From the NCBI GenBank assembly GCA_040754455.1, contig JBFMCP010000007.1:1-64000 (forward strand): a stretch of 64,000 bases of DNA. Reading direction: 5' to 3'. Within the stretch, counting starts at the first letter, position 1. Every line of letters starts with the position of its first letter. A program made the position numbers and the translations under genes. Source of the stretch: Nitrospirota bacterium (GTDB taxonomy: Bacteria; Nitrospirota; Thermodesulfovibrionia; Thermodesulfovibrionales; Dissulfurispiraceae). Of this stretch, positions 27,518-37,651 are shown piece after piece. The notes beneath the pieces are model-generated. The model was given only the letters and a program-made list of their open reading frames with translations, searched no databases and had not been told where the DNA came from.

Positions 27518-28608
27518 AAGTCATTATTGCAGGAGGAGGCACCGGCGGACACCTGTTCCCCGGTCTCTCTATCGCGGAAGCATTTAAGGAACGGGACTTT
27601 GCAAAGGAAATTGTCTTTGTAGGGACCTCGCACGGCATCGAGGCGAGGGTCATCCCTCGTGAAGGATATCCGATCCGGTTCATAAGGGCAGAGGGGATGG
27701 TGGGAAAGTCTCTCTACAAGAAGGGCAGGGCCTTCGTCTCTTTTCTCTTGTCCATTCTCGACTCCTATAAAATTCTCAAGGCCGTCAGCCCCTCGGTCGT
27801 CATCGGCGTCGGCGGTTACGCATCAGTGGGTATGGTGCTTGCTGCGCACTTGAAGGGCATTCCCACGATGATTCACGAGCAGAATTCGGTTCCTGGATTC
27901 GCCAACAGGTTTCTTGGGAAATTCGTTGATGCCGTTGCGGTCACCTATCAGGAGAGTATCGACTATTTCCCGAAAGAGAAGACCTATCTGACAGGCAATC
28001 CCATACGGAAGCATATCCTCGCCAGAGACGGGAAAAAGGCTTATGCAGTATTCCCCCTCGACAAAGAGCTGTTTACGATACTGACCTTCGGCGGCAGCCT
28101 CGGTGCCAGGAGCATCAATTACGCCATGATCGAAGCGTTGAATTACCTGCTGGATTTAAGGCAAAATATCCAGTTCCTCCATCAGACGGGCGATAAGGAT
28201 CTTTCGGCCGTCACGGAGGCCTATAGGGGAAAGGGGTTTCACGGCATTGTCGTTCCGTTCATTTACCAGATGGCGGAGGCGTATACCCTTGCCGATATGG
28301 TGATCTGCAGGGCAGGGGCAACGACGCTTGCCGAGATTACCGCGATAGGAAAGCCTGCCATTATCATCCCCTATCCGTATGCGGCTTCCAACCATCAGGA
28401 GCACAACGCGCGAAAGCTGGAGGATATGGGTGCGGCAAAGGTGATCCTCGACAGGAAGCTGACGGGTGAAGTGCTCGCTGCTGCGATCAGGGAGCTCTAT
28501 GAGAATGAGCAGGCGCGGAGAGAGATGCAGAAGGCGGCAATGGTCTTCGGCAAGGTTGACGCAGCTGAGCGCGTTGTCGATATCGCGCTGAGTCTGGTAA
28601 GGAAATAA
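27514..28608 (+). CDS. murG: Lipid II GlcNAc transferase
   Basis: GGGTGGH, GGYAS, HEQN, GNPIR, GGSLGA. Confidence 0.97.
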   Translation: MKVIIAGGGTGGHLFPGLSIAEAFKERDFAKEIVFVGTSHGIEARVIPREGYPIRFIRAEGMVGKSLYKKGRAFVSFLLSILDSYKILKAVSPSVVIGVGGYASVGMVLAAHLKGIPTMIHEQNSVPGFANRFLGKFVDAVAVTYQESIDYFPKEKTYLTGNPIRKHILARDGKKAYAVFPLDKELFTILTFGGSLGARSINYAMIEALNYLLDLRQNIQFLHQTGDKDLSAVTEAYRGKGFHGIVVPFIYQMAEAYTLADMVICRAGATTLAEITAIGKPAIIIPYPYAASNHQEHNARKLEDMGAAKVILDRKLTGEVLAAAIRELYENEQARREMQKAAMVFGKVDAAERVVDIALSLVRK

Positions 28609-28613
28609 TAAAG

Positions 28614-28690
28614 AAGAATCCAGGAGTCAGGAGCCAGAAGTCAGAATAAAATCTGAGTTGTGCTTTTTTTCTTCTGGATCCTGAATTCTT
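28614..28690. repeat. Palindromic heptamer-repeat element (GTCAGAA-type unit)
   Basis: TCCAGGA GTCAGGA GCCAGAA GTCAGAA ... TTCTGGATCCTGAATTC. Confidence 0.75.
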
Positions 28691-28706
28691 TTTATTGGAG
28701 TGAATT

Positions 28707-30074
28707 ATGTTTAATCGATACAGGAGAATACATTTCGTCGGCATCGGCGGTGTCGGCATGAGCGGCATTGCCGAGGTACTGCACAATCTTGGATATGAAG
28801 TGACCGGCTCCGACATGAAGGAGTCGGAGATGACGGCACGGTTGAAGAACCTCGGCATCAAGGTATTCGTCGGCCATGATGCCGAGAACATCGATCACGC
28901 TCATGTAGTTGTCATTTCCTCTGCCGTTGCTCCCGACAACCCTGAAGTGATCGAGGCGAAATACCGTTCGATCCCCGTCATCCCCCGCGCTGAAATGCTC
29001 GCCGAGCTGGGCAGGCTCAAATACGGGATCCTGATTGCCGGTGCCCACGGCAAGACGACGACGACCTCGCTCATCGCAACGACCCTTGTTGAAGGCGGCT
29101 TTGATCCCACTGTGGTGATCGGCGGCAAACTCAATGCGATGGGCAGCAACGCGAAGCTCGGGCAGGGAGCGTTCCTTGTTGCCGAAGCTGATGAGAGTGA
29201 CGGCTCGTTCCTGAAGCTCAACCCCACCATTGCGGTGATCACGAATATCGACAAAGAGCATATGGATTTTTTCAAGAGCATGGAGGCCTTGAAGCAGGCC
29301 TTTCTCGATTTCATCAACAAAATACCGTTCTACGGGATCGCCATCGTCTGCGTGGAGAATGCCTATGTGCGGGAAATCCTCCCCCAGATACAGAGAAAGG
29401 TCCTGACCTATGGATTTACCTATAAAGCCGATCTCTACGCCAGAAACATCAGACACCTCGGAACGAGGATGAGCTTTGAACCGGTGTTCAAAGGGAATCC
29501 CCTGGGGATGTTCACTATTCCCATTCCCGGGGAGCATAATGTGCTGAACAGCCTGGCTGCTATAGCTGCTGCAATAGAACTGCAGATTCCCATCTCAGTT
29601 GTTGCAAAGGCGCTCGGCGGTTTCGGCGGTATCCATCGCCGGTTCGAGCTCAAAGGAGAGAAAAAGGGCATCAAGGTATTTGATGATTACGGGCACCACC
29701 CCTCGGAGATACGGGCGACGCTCAGGGCGGCACGGGAGTGCTTCAAAGAGCAACGGATACTTGTCCTGTTCCAGCCGCACCGGTACACGAGGACGAGGGA
29801 CTCGATGGATGAGTTCGCCGCAAGCTTTGATGATGCCGACCGCCTGTTCCTCATGGATATCTATCCTGCAGGTGAAAAGCCTATCGAGGGCATTCATTCC
29901 GAAGTGCTTTTTAAAAATATAGAACAGCGGGGATTCAAGAATATCAGCTACATTCCTGACCGTGCAGCGATGATTAAAGCGATTCTCGCAGAGCTCCAGC
30001 CCGGCAATGTACTGATTACCCTTGGCGCCGGGGATGTCTATAAAATGGGTGAAGAGGTGGTAAGGGAATTATAA
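28707..30074 (+). CDS. murC: UDP-MurNAc:L-Ala ligase
   Basis: GIGGVGMSGIA, GAHGKTTT, EADESDGSF, DDYGHHP, FQPHRYTRT. Confidence 0.97.
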   Translation: MFNRYRRIHFVGIGGVGMSGIAEVLHNLGYEVTGSDMKESEMTARLKNLGIKVFVGHDAENIDHAHVVVISSAVAPDNPEVIEAKYRSIPVIPRAEMLAELGRLKYGILIAGAHGKTTTTSLIATTLVEGGFDPTVVIGGKLNAMGSNAKLGQGAFLVAEADESDGSFLKLNPTIAVITNIDKEHMDFFKSMEALKQAFLDFINKIPFYGIAIVCVENAYVREILPQIQRKVLTYGFTYKADLYARNIRHLGTRMSFEPVFKGNPLGMFTIPIPGEHNVLNSLAAIAAAIELQIPISVVAKALGGFGGIHRRFELKGEKKGIKVFDDYGHHPSEIRATLRAARECFKEQRILVLFQPHRYTRTRDSMDEFAASFDDADRLFLMDIYPAGEKPIEGIHSEVLFKNIEQRGFKNISYIPDRAAMIKAILAELQPGNVLITLGAGDVYKMGEEVVREL

Positions 30075-30108
30075 CCGTTATGTCTTCTATGAAAGGATAT
30101 AAGCGTCC

Positions 30109-31053
30109 ATGATAACGAAACAGCGTATCGGCGTACTCGCCGGCGGCACGTCCGCCGAGCGGGAAGTCTCTTTGAAAAGCGGCAGCGCCATTTACAAAGC
30201 GCTACGGGAGCGGAACTATGATGTGGTCCTCATCGATGCAGCCGAGGATCTCTGCGCAGCGCTCAAAAAGGAGCGCATCGAGATTGCCGTTCTCGCATTG
30301 CACGGCGGCTTCGGCGAGAACGGCGCGGTGCAGGGGCTTCTTGAAGTAATGGGAATCCCCTACACCGGGTCGGGGATTCTGGCATCGGCCCTAGCGATGG
30401 ACAAGGAGGCATCAAAAAAGATATTCCTCTATCATGAGATTCCGGTGCCCTCTTTCATCGTGATCAACAGGGCGCAGGCCGGGGCAGGAGACCGCATCAA
30501 TGTGCAGGTGGTCACGACGCTTGTCGATTTTCCCCTTCCCTGGGTGGTAAAGCCCGTCACCGAGGGGTCGAGCATCGGCGTCAGTATCGTCAAGAACGAT
30601 ACGGAGCTTGAGGATGCGCTCAAAGACGCTTTCTCGTACGGATCGAGAATCATTATCGAAGAATATATAAAGGGCAGGGAGATCCAGATCGGCATTCTCA
30701 ACGATCGCGCCCTCGGGGGCGTCGAGGTGCGCCCTTCTCGTGAGTTCTACAGCTACGAAGCCAAGTACACGCCCGGACTCACTCAGTACATCCTGCCTCC
30801 GGAGATCGATGCTTCGGCATACGAGACGCTTAAGGCCATGGCGGCGCGCGCACACCAGGCGCTCGGCTGCAAGGGCGCTACCCGTGTGGATTTCATCCTC
30901 GATGCTTCGAATAATCCCTATATTCTTGAGGTCAATACGATTCCGGGGATGACCGAGACGAGCCTGTTGCCTAAGATTGCGCAGCTTGCAGGGCTGGAGT
31001 TCCCTGATCTGATAGAAGAAATACTGAGGCTGACCGTAGAGGATGGAAAATAA
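30109..31053 (+). CDS. ddl: D-Ala-D-Ala ligase
   Basis: [41 protein letters not shown]. Confidence 0.96.
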   Translation: MITKQRIGVLAGGTSAEREVSLKSGSAIYKALRERNYDVVLIDAAEDLCAALKKERIEIAVLALHGGFGENGAVQGLLEVMGIPYTGSGILASALAMDKEASKKIFLYHEIPVPSFIVINRAQAGAGDRINVQVVTTLVDFPLPWVVKPVTEGSSIGVSIVKNDTELEDALKDAFSYGSRIIIEEYIKGREIQIGILNDRALGGVEVRPSREFYSYEAKYTPGLTQYILPPEIDASAYETLKAMAARAHQALGCKGATRVDFILDASNNPYILEVNTIPGMTETSLLPKIAQLAGLEFPDLIEEILRLTVEDGK

Positions 31054-31103
31054 CAGGGCAATGCCTTTAAAATAGGCACCATGAAAAAGGGGTTGAGGAC
31101 GGG

Positions 31104-31189
31104 AAAGATCAAAAATTAAAGAGCAAAATGAAAAAATAAGGGATCCTTGATTTTTATTTTTGCTTTTCGATCTTTGCTTTTTACTTTTT
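31104..31189. repeat. Palindromic heptamer-repeat element (AGCAAAA-type unit)
   Basis: ATCAAAA ATTAAAG AGCAAAA ... TTTTGCT TTTCGAT CTTTGCT TTTTACT. Confidence 0.7.
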
Positions 31190-31193
31190 ACCG

Positions 31194-31994
31194 ATGAGAA
31201 GAAGAAACGTGCGATCGCTGCAGAGGAGGAAAGAGCAAAAGCGGATACGGCTGTTCCTCATTCCCTTGCTGCTGATACTTCTTGCAGGAGCGGCTGTTTT
31301 CGTTTCAATCCGCTTTCTCATCCCGGTAAAAGAGATCGTCTTCATCGGCAACCATCATCTGAAGAATGATGAGCTGAAATCATTGGTGAAAGTGAAGAAG
31401 GGTGATAAGCTTTTCGGGCAGTCCGGCAGGACACTGCATGAGCGTCTCAAAAGATCTCCCTGGATAAAGAGCGCCGTCATCCGCAGGGAACTGTCGGGAC
31501 GGATGCTGGTCAAGGTCGACGAGAGAGTTCCCGTAGCGATCCTGAGCACGTCAGAAGGACCGCACCTCATTGATCGTGAAGGGTATCTGCTTGAGCAGAT
31601 ACGTGAGGGCACGGTGCTGCTCCTGCCGGTGATCAAGGATATTGATCCTGCCGGTGATAATGAGACCTATCGCGAGGCGGTCAGGTTTGTGAATGTCCTT
31701 CATGCCAAAGGAGTGCTGTCGTCCGACGGGAGCATCGAGGTGACCGGCAGCAGGCCTGAAGATATTACGCTGAAGATCAACGGTATTGTGATCAAGGTCG
31801 GCATGGGAGATTTTGAGAAAAAAATCGAACGCCTTGAGTTCGTCAAAGATGAGATCCAGAAGAGAAATATGACGGTGGAGTATATCGATCTGCGATTTGC
31901 GAACAAGATCGTCGTCAAACCGGTGCGCCAGGAGCCGGAGCAGCAGACAAAAACACTGGTAGCGAAGCATCATGGAAAAAAGAAAAAGAACTAG
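31194..31994 (+). CDS. ftsQ: Cell division protein FtsQ
   Basis: TM plus POTRA (GNHHL, PWIKSA, ERVP) and YIDLRF. Confidence 0.9.
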   Translation: MRRRNVRSLQRRKEQKRIRLFLIPLLLILLAGAAVFVSIRFLIPVKEIVFIGNHHLKNDELKSLVKVKKGDKLFGQSGRTLHERLKRSPWIKSAVIRRELSGRMLVKVDERVPVAILSTSEGPHLIDREGYLLEQIREGTVLLLPVIKDIDPAGDNETYREAVRFVNVLHAKGVLSSDGSIEVTGSRPEDITLKINGIVIKVGMGDFEKKIERLEFVKDEIQKRNMTVEYIDLRFANKIVVKPVRQEPEQQTKTLVAKHHGKKKKN

Positions 31995-33261
31995 CTCGTT
32001 TGTCGTCGGACTCGATGTCGGCACTACAAAGATCTGTGCCATCGTCGGCGAGGTGAGCGAGGAAGGATGTTCGATCCTCGCAGTGAGCTCTCATCCCTCG
32101 TCGGGACTCAAGAAGGGGGTTGTCGTCGATATCGAGGCGACGGCCCAATCGATCAAGAAAGTGATCGCCGACATACGCGAGCAGATAGGGTTCGACATCA
32201 GAGAGGTCTACGTCGGCATTGCCGGGAGCCATGTAAAGAGCTTCAACAGCTACGGTGCCGTAGGTATAAAAGGCAGGGAGGTGTCTCCCGAGGATGTGGA
32301 ACGGGCGATCGATTCGGCAAGCGCCGTGTATGTGCCGCTCGACAGGGAGATGCTCCATGTCCTTCCCACCGACTTCATCCTCGACGGACAGGACGGCATC
32401 AAAGACCCTGTGGGCATGGCCGGGGTGCGTCTCGAGGTAAAGGTATACATTGTCACCGGCGCCGTCACCTCGGTGCAGAATCTCCTGAAATGCTGCGAAC
32501 GGGCAGGGCTCGAGGTGGTTGATATCGTGCTCCAGCCGCTGGCTTCTGCAGAGGCGACGCTGACGCCCTATGAACGTGATATGGGCGTAATGCTCGTCGA
32601 TATCGGCGGCGGGACGACGGACATCGCGATCTATAAAGACGGCTGGCTTCGGCATACCGCTGTGCTGGGCATCGGGGGTAATCATTTTACCAACGATCTG
32701 TCGGTGGGGCTGCGGCTGCCCTTCCATGAGGCTGAGAGAGTGAAAAAGAAGTACGGCTTTGTCGCCCCTGTCCCGTATGCTGCCGAGATCAACAGCAACA
32801 ATGCGGAAATAGAAGTAGTGGCGATCGACGGACAGGTGAGGGGAATACCCAGGAAATATATTGCCGAGATCCTGCAGCCGAGAGGAGAAGAGCTCCTTGA
32901 TCTGATACGTCAGGAGGTGCAGATGGTTCATCATAACGGCATTGCGATTGCAGGGGTTATTCTCACCGGAGGCGCCTCGCTGCTCACAGGGTTTGACCGC
33001 ATGGCCGAAGCTATGCTCTCTATGCCGGTCCGGATCGGCTATATGAACGGGGCACCGCACCACCCTGATGTCGCTCCCGAATCGCTGCCCATCAGCGGCC
33101 TGAAGGGGGAATTCAATAACCCGATCTACGCGACGGGTGTCGGGCTGGTGCTGCATGCGGCAGAGACGGTTATGCCTTCCGAACGTGTACCTTCGGATGT
33201 CTTGAGTAGCATTATGACTACCATGACGGGATGGTTCAGGAAAATAATAAGTAAGAAATGA
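31972..33261 (+). CDS. ftsA: Cell division protein FtsA
   Basis: GLDVGTTKI, DIGGGTTD, LTGGAS, YATGVGL, amphipathic C-terminus WFRKII. Confidence 0.96.
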   Translation: MEKRKRTSSFVVGLDVGTTKICAIVGEVSEEGCSILAVSSHPSSGLKKGVVVDIEATAQSIKKVIADIREQIGFDIREVYVGIAGSHVKSFNSYGAVGIKGREVSPEDVERAIDSASAVYVPLDREMLHVLPTDFILDGQDGIKDPVGMAGVRLEVKVYIVTGAVTSVQNLLKCCERAGLEVVDIVLQPLASAEATLTPYERDMGVMLVDIGGGTTDIAIYKDGWLRHTAVLGIGGNHFTNDLSVGLRLPFHEAERVKKKYGFVAPVPYAAEINSNNAEIEVVAIDGQVRGIPRKYIAEILQPRGEELLDLIRQEVQMVHHNGIAIAGVILTGGASLLTGFDRMAEAMLSMPVRIGYMNGAPHHPDVAPESLPISGLKGEFNNPIYATGVGLVLHAAETVMPSERVPSDVLSSIMTTMTGWFRKIISKK

Positions 33262-33264
33262 AAA

Positions 33265-33333
33265 GTGATGAATGATGAGTAAAAGACAAAATATAAAAGG
33301 TATTCTTTTCCATTTACTCATTACTGCTCACTT
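33265..33333. repeat. Palindromic heptamer-repeat element (TGATGAG-type unit)
   Basis: GTGATGA ATGATGA GTAA ... TTACTCA TTACTGC TCAC. Confidence 0.65.
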
Positions 33334-33351
33334 TTACCAAAGGGGGTTGTT

Positions 33352-34641
33352 ATGTTTGAGCTCGAAGATGTAGGCAGATTGGTAGCGAAGATAAAGGTCA
33401 TCGGTGTGGGCGGCGGCGGGGGTAATGCGATCAACAGCATGGTCGCCGCGAACATTTTCGGCATAGAATTTATTGCGGTCAACACCGACAGCCAGCACCT
33501 CGATGTGTCGCTCGCGCCGGTGAGGGTGCAGATCGGTGCGGCATTGACCAGGGGACTGGGCGCAGGATCAAATCCGGTGATCGGCAGGCAGGCCGCTCAT
33601 GAAGACCGGGATGCCCTGATGAGCTCCATTGAAGGCGCCGATATGGTCTTCATCACGGCGGGTATGGGCGGCGGCACCGGCACCGGCGCAGCGCCGGTGA
33701 TTGCGGGGCTTGCACGTGAGCTGGGCATTCTCACAGTCGGCGTGGTGACAAAGCCCTTCTACTATGAAGGCAGAAAGCGGGCGATCAATGCGGAAGACGG
33801 CATCAGAGAGCTCAAGAAGAATGTTGATACGCTGATCGTTATCCCCAACGACCGGATCCATCTCGTGGTCGAGAAGGGGACCCCTCTGCTCAAATCCTTC
33901 TCCATCGCCAATGATGTCCTGCGGCAGGCGATACAGGGTATTTCCGACCTGATCCTTATCCCCGGTCTCATCAACCTCGACTTCGCCGACGTGAAATCCG
34001 TTATGGAGAACGCCGGCAAGGCGGTGATCGGTGTGGGATTCGGCGCTGGTGACAACGGCGCATTCGAGGCGGCGAAGAAGGCGATCTCCAACCCCCTCCT
34101 CGAAGAGTCGTCCATCGAGGGCGCAAAGGGAATCCTTATCAACATCACCGGCGGCATGAACATGTCCCTTGATGCAGTGCAGCAGGCGGCGTCGCTGATT
34201 CATGACTCCGCCCACGATGATGCCAACATCATTCTTGGTGCGGTGATCAATGACGAAATGGAAGACGAGGTAAGGGTCACGGTGATCGCGACCGGACTTG
34301 AGGAACGGTTAGAGAAGGCTGAGCTCCCCCAGATCAAGAAATGGGCTCCCAAGAAGGACCCGATCAATCTCAGGGGGTCCGAGCGGATACTCTCCAAGAG
34401 CATCGGCCTTACCTCACGAGAGCCGGCCTATGAGCCGAAGGTTATTCAGGAGCGTCCTCTTGAAAAGGAGATCGCCGAGCCCTCCGAGCCCATCGCTGCG
34501 AAGACACAAGAGCAGGTCGGCACCAACGGCCAGGGCACGATATTCGAAAGCAAACAGATTCCCCTCAATGAATCTTTTCTGGGGACCGATGATGAGTATG
34601 ATATTCCCACGTTTCTGAGGAAGCAGTCGGGAGCCTCATAA
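33352..34641 (+). CDS. ftsZ: Cell division protein FtsZ
   Basis: [34 protein letters not shown]. Confidence 0.98.
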   Translation: MFELEDVGRLVAKIKVIGVGGGGGNAINSMVAANIFGIEFIAVNTDSQHLDVSLAPVRVQIGAALTRGLGAGSNPVIGRQAAHEDRDALMSSIEGADMVFITAGMGGGTGTGAAPVIAGLARELGILTVGVVTKPFYYEGRKRAINAEDGIRELKKNVDTLIVIPNDRIHLVVEKGTPLLKSFSIANDVLRQAIQGISDLILIPGLINLDFADVKSVMENAGKAVIGVGFGAGDNGAFEAAKKAISNPLLEESSIEGAKGILINITGGMNMSLDAVQQAASLIHDSAHDDANIILGAVINDEMEDEVRVTVIATGLEERLEKAELPQIKKWAPKKDPINLRGSERILSKSIGLTSREPAYEPKVIQERPLEKEIAEPSEPIAAKTQEQVGTNGQGTIFESKQIPLNESFLGTDDEYDIPTFLRKQSGAS

Positions 34642-34740
34642 TGAGTAGTGCGTGATGTGTGATGCGTAATGAGTTAAAATTAAGTATGCGTTTCCCCATA
34701 CTGCGGGTCCTCATTACCGGGTACTCATCACGGATTACGG
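34639..34740. repeat. Palindromic heptamer-repeat element (TAATGAG-type unit) starting at the ftsZ stop
   Basis: TAATGAG TAGTGCG TGATGTG TGATGCG TAATGAG ... CTCATTA CCGGGTA CTCATCA CGGATTA. Confidence 0.75.
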
Positions 34741-34747
34741 TCGTTGC

Positions 34748-36427
34748 ATGAATCGTAAGCTCATCGAAAAGGCGGATGCGCTCCTTCGAAAGGAGCGCGG
34801 CACGGTGCATAAGGACCCCGGTGGCAGGATTACCATCTGTCTCGTCTATCCCAATACCTACCATGTGGGCATGTCGAATCTTGGATTCCAGGGGATCTAC
34901 GGCCTGCTCAACCGAAGAAACGATGTCGTGTGCGAACGTGCCTTTTTGCCTGACCAGGCCGATATCGAGGTCTATCGCAGGAGCAAGACCCCTCTCTTTT
35001 CACTCGAATCCAAGAGGCCCCTCGATCGCTTCGATATTATTGCCTTCTCGGTCTCTTTCGAAAACGATTATCCCAATCTTATTACTATGCTTGATCTGGC
35101 GAATATCCCCTTCCGGTCTTCCGAGCGGAACAGGTACCATCCTCTGCTGATGGCAGGCGGCACCTGTCTGTCCTTTAACCCTGAGCCCCTTGCTCCCTTT
35201 TTCGATACAGTCTTTATAGGAGAGGCGGATGAGTCGCTGCAGGAGTTTCTCGATCTCTATAAGAACAGCGGGAGTCGCGCTGCTCTGAAAAAAGGCGCAC
35301 TGCGGATCGAGGGTGTTTATGTTCCCGAATACTACTCGGTTACCTGTGGCAGTGAGGGATCGATAGCTGTGCGTGAGGCGTTGAACGGTGCCCCCGCACG
35401 CATCACAAGGAGATACCTGAAGGACCTTTCGTGCTCTCTTCTCAACACCGCGATCATTACTCCCGAATCGGAGTTCTCCAATATGTATCTCATCGAAGCG
35501 ATGCGGGGGTGCCCCTGGAGCTGCAGGTTCTGTCTCGTCGGACACCTCTACAATCCGCCGCGCCGGAAGGCCCCTGATACGATCAGGGCCGAGATCGAAG
35601 AGGCAAAACAGCGTCTCGTCCCACCCGAGCCTCCCTTTAATAAAGGGGAAAAGGGAGAATTGAAAATAGGATTGATCGGCCCGTCATTGAGCGATTATCC
35701 CTCTCTCTATGATATCCTCTGTATCGAAGGGGTTGATTTCTCAATTACCTCGTTGCGTGCCAGTAGCCGGAGCGCCGAGCTCGTCCAGCTGCTGAAAAGA
35801 CATAAGAGCGTATCCATAGCTCCTGAAGCAGGGACTGCACGACTGCGATCGGTGATCAACAAAAAGATTACCGAAAAAGATATCATGGACACCTCGCAGC
35901 TCCTCTTCGACGCCGGTATAGAGAACCTGAGGCTCTATTTCATGATCGGACTTCCTACCGAGGAGCACGCGGATATCGAGGGTATTATTGAGCTGTCGAG
36001 GAGGGTCAGAGATCTTACCAAAAAAGGGACCGTCACTCTGAGCATCAGTACCTTTGTGCCCAAGCCTTTTACCCCTTTCCAGTGGCATCCCATGGAGCCG
36101 CTCGTCTCGGTGAAGGAAAAGCTGAAGCGGATAAAAAAGGCGTTGCGGGAGATAAGAGGCATGCGGGTGCTTCACGATGTGCCGAAGTACGCATATATGC
36201 AGGGGCTGTTTTCGCGTGGCGACCGGAGCATCGCAGATGTCCTGGTAGCGATGGCAACAACTGATGACTGGAAAAAGGCCTGCGCAGCGTCCGGCATCAA
36301 TGAGGACTTTTATATCTTCAGAAAGAGATCGCGTGATGAGGTGCTTCCCTGGGACTTTATCGATACCGGTACATCTAAAGAAACGTTATGGGCTGAATAT
36401 CTCGAAGCCCTCTCGGCGGCATCATGA
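34748..36427 (+). CDS. Radical SAM protein with B12-binding-like N-terminal domain
   Basis: YPNTYHVGMSNLG, RGCPWSCRFC, APEAG, YFMIGLP, FVPKPFTPFQW. Confidence 0.9.
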   Translation: MNRKLIEKADALLRKERGTVHKDPGGRITICLVYPNTYHVGMSNLGFQGIYGLLNRRNDVVCERAFLPDQADIEVYRRSKTPLFSLESKRPLDRFDIIAFSVSFENDYPNLITMLDLANIPFRSSERNRYHPLLMAGGTCLSFNPEPLAPFFDTVFIGEADESLQEFLDLYKNSGSRAALKKGALRIEGVYVPEYYSVTCGSEGSIAVREALNGAPARITRRYLKDLSCSLLNTAIITPESEFSNMYLIEAMRGCPWSCRFCLVGHLYNPPRRKAPDTIRAEIEEAKQRLVPPEPPFNKGEKGELKIGLIGPSLSDYPSLYDILCIEGVDFSITSLRASSRSAELVQLLKRHKSVSIAPEAGTARLRSVINKKITEKDIMDTSQLLFDAGIENLRLYFMIGLPTEEHADIEGIIELSRRVRDLTKKGTVTLSISTFVPKPFTPFQWHPMEPLVSVKEKLKRIKKALREIRGMRVLHDVPKYAYMQGLFSRGDRSIADVLVAMATTDDWKKACAASGINEDFYIFRKRSRDEVLPWDFIDTGTSKETLWAEYLEALSAAS

Positions 36428-36590
36428 AAAGGTGGTGCGTACTCTTCTCTCTCCGGACACCCTGGCGCAAATCCCTTTTGTAAAGGCATTTCACACGACC
36501 TGCGTCCTGCAATAACACCTTCCGGAAATGCGGCCCTGCGGATCTCCGCATCAAGAGGAGCAGACCACCACCCTCGGCGTTCTGTTCTTA
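36427..36590 (-). ncRNA. Candidate structured non-coding RNA of about 160 nt
   Basis: Minus-strand TTGACA-N16-TATGCT promoter (36623-36596), closing stem GGTGGTG/CACCACC, internal stems TGCGG/CCGCA and GCATTTC/GAAATGC, then TTTT. Confidence 0.3.
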
Positions 36591-36834
36591 CTTAAAGCAT
36601 ACACGTTTTACGAAAACTGTCAAGCCATGGTGATGAATGCTGAGGTGCGTAGATCGTTGTAGATCGTTAATGTTTGGTAAAAAACTAAGGCGGGTAAAAG
36701 AGTGTGTATAAAATTCAAAAAAAGGGAGATAATATAAGAAAGGAGCGGTGGGAACATTCACAGGTTGCGTCGACATGAGCATCGCAGGGGAAGATGCCTG
36801 TGCGCTCAATCAACATAGTGAAAAGGAGGTTGCT

Positions 36835-37065
36835 ATGAGTAATGAGGATAGAAGAGGCGATTCGTCCACCTTGATACTCTGGGCCGACTTCAGGCGCTAC
36901 CATATAAAAGACAACTGGTGCTGCACGGCGATCAAGGAGAGCGGTATCGAATTCCTGCCTGTTGAGGAGATTTATCCTGACTTCAGCCTGCACCGGATCA
37001 GGATTAATTTCTGTCCCCATTGCGGGCAGAGATTGTATGAGGGCGAAGGCCGGTATACATACTAA
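36835..37065 (+). CDS. 76-aa hypothetical protein, probable zinc-binding
   Basis: RBS AAGGAGG; WCC and INFCPHCG motifs. Confidence 0.7.
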   Translation: MSNEDRRGDSSTLILWADFRRYHIKDNWCCTAIKESGIEFLPVEEIYPDFSLHRIRINFCPHCGQRLYEGEGRYTY

Positions 37066-37130
37066 GCGGGATGTAACAGGTGTCTGTTCCCTCCATTTCC
37101 GCCTTTCAATGAGCCCGTGAGCAGATCCGC

Positions 37131-37592
37131 CTACGCTGTAACCTCAAAGATGAAATCTATTTCGAGCGGAGCGTTCAAGGGAAGCGCAACAACGCCTACC
37201 GCGGCCCGTGCGTGTCTGCCTGTCTCGCCGAAGATATCGAACAGAAGATCCGATGCAGCATTGAGGACCTTCGGTTGCTCGGTGAAACCGACAGCGGAGG
37301 CGACGTAGCCGTTCAGTTTTACGCATCGCGTGATCCTGTCGAGGCTCCCCAGGTGGGATTTAAGCAGGGAGAGGACATTGATGACCACCTGACGTGCGTC
37401 CTCCTGTGCTTCGGTGAGCGAGACCGCTTCGCCGACCCTGCCGGTCCTGGCGAGCTTTCCCTCTCTGAGCGGAAGAATGCCGCTCAGGAAGAGGAGATTG
37501 CCGGATTGCACGCAGGGCACGTAGGAGCCCAGCGGCTTCGGCGCTTCAGCCAGCGTAATACCGAGTGATTTCAATTTCTCTTCAGGTGACAT
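37131..37592 (-). CDS. RidA/YjgF family protein
   Basis: LFLSG, NAASDLL, GRHARAAVGV, LPLNAPLEI. Confidence 0.92.
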   Translation of the reverse strand: MSPEEKLKSLGITLAEAPKPLGSYVPCVQSGNLLFLSGILPLREGKLARTGRVGEAVSLTEAQEDARQVVINVLSLLKSHLGSLDRITRCVKLNGYVASAVGFTEQPKVLNAASDLLFDIFGETGRHARAAVGVVALPLNAPLEIDFIFEVTA

Positions 37593-37651
37593 AATAGCTC
37601 TGTTTTAGATTAAGTGGCTAGGCTGCCTGTGCTGCTTACGACAGAAATATT

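Noticed and set aside
11182..36448. 10-mer GTACTCTTCT shared by two structured intergenic regions
   Set aside because: Similarity does not extend beyond the 10-mer; plausible by chance.
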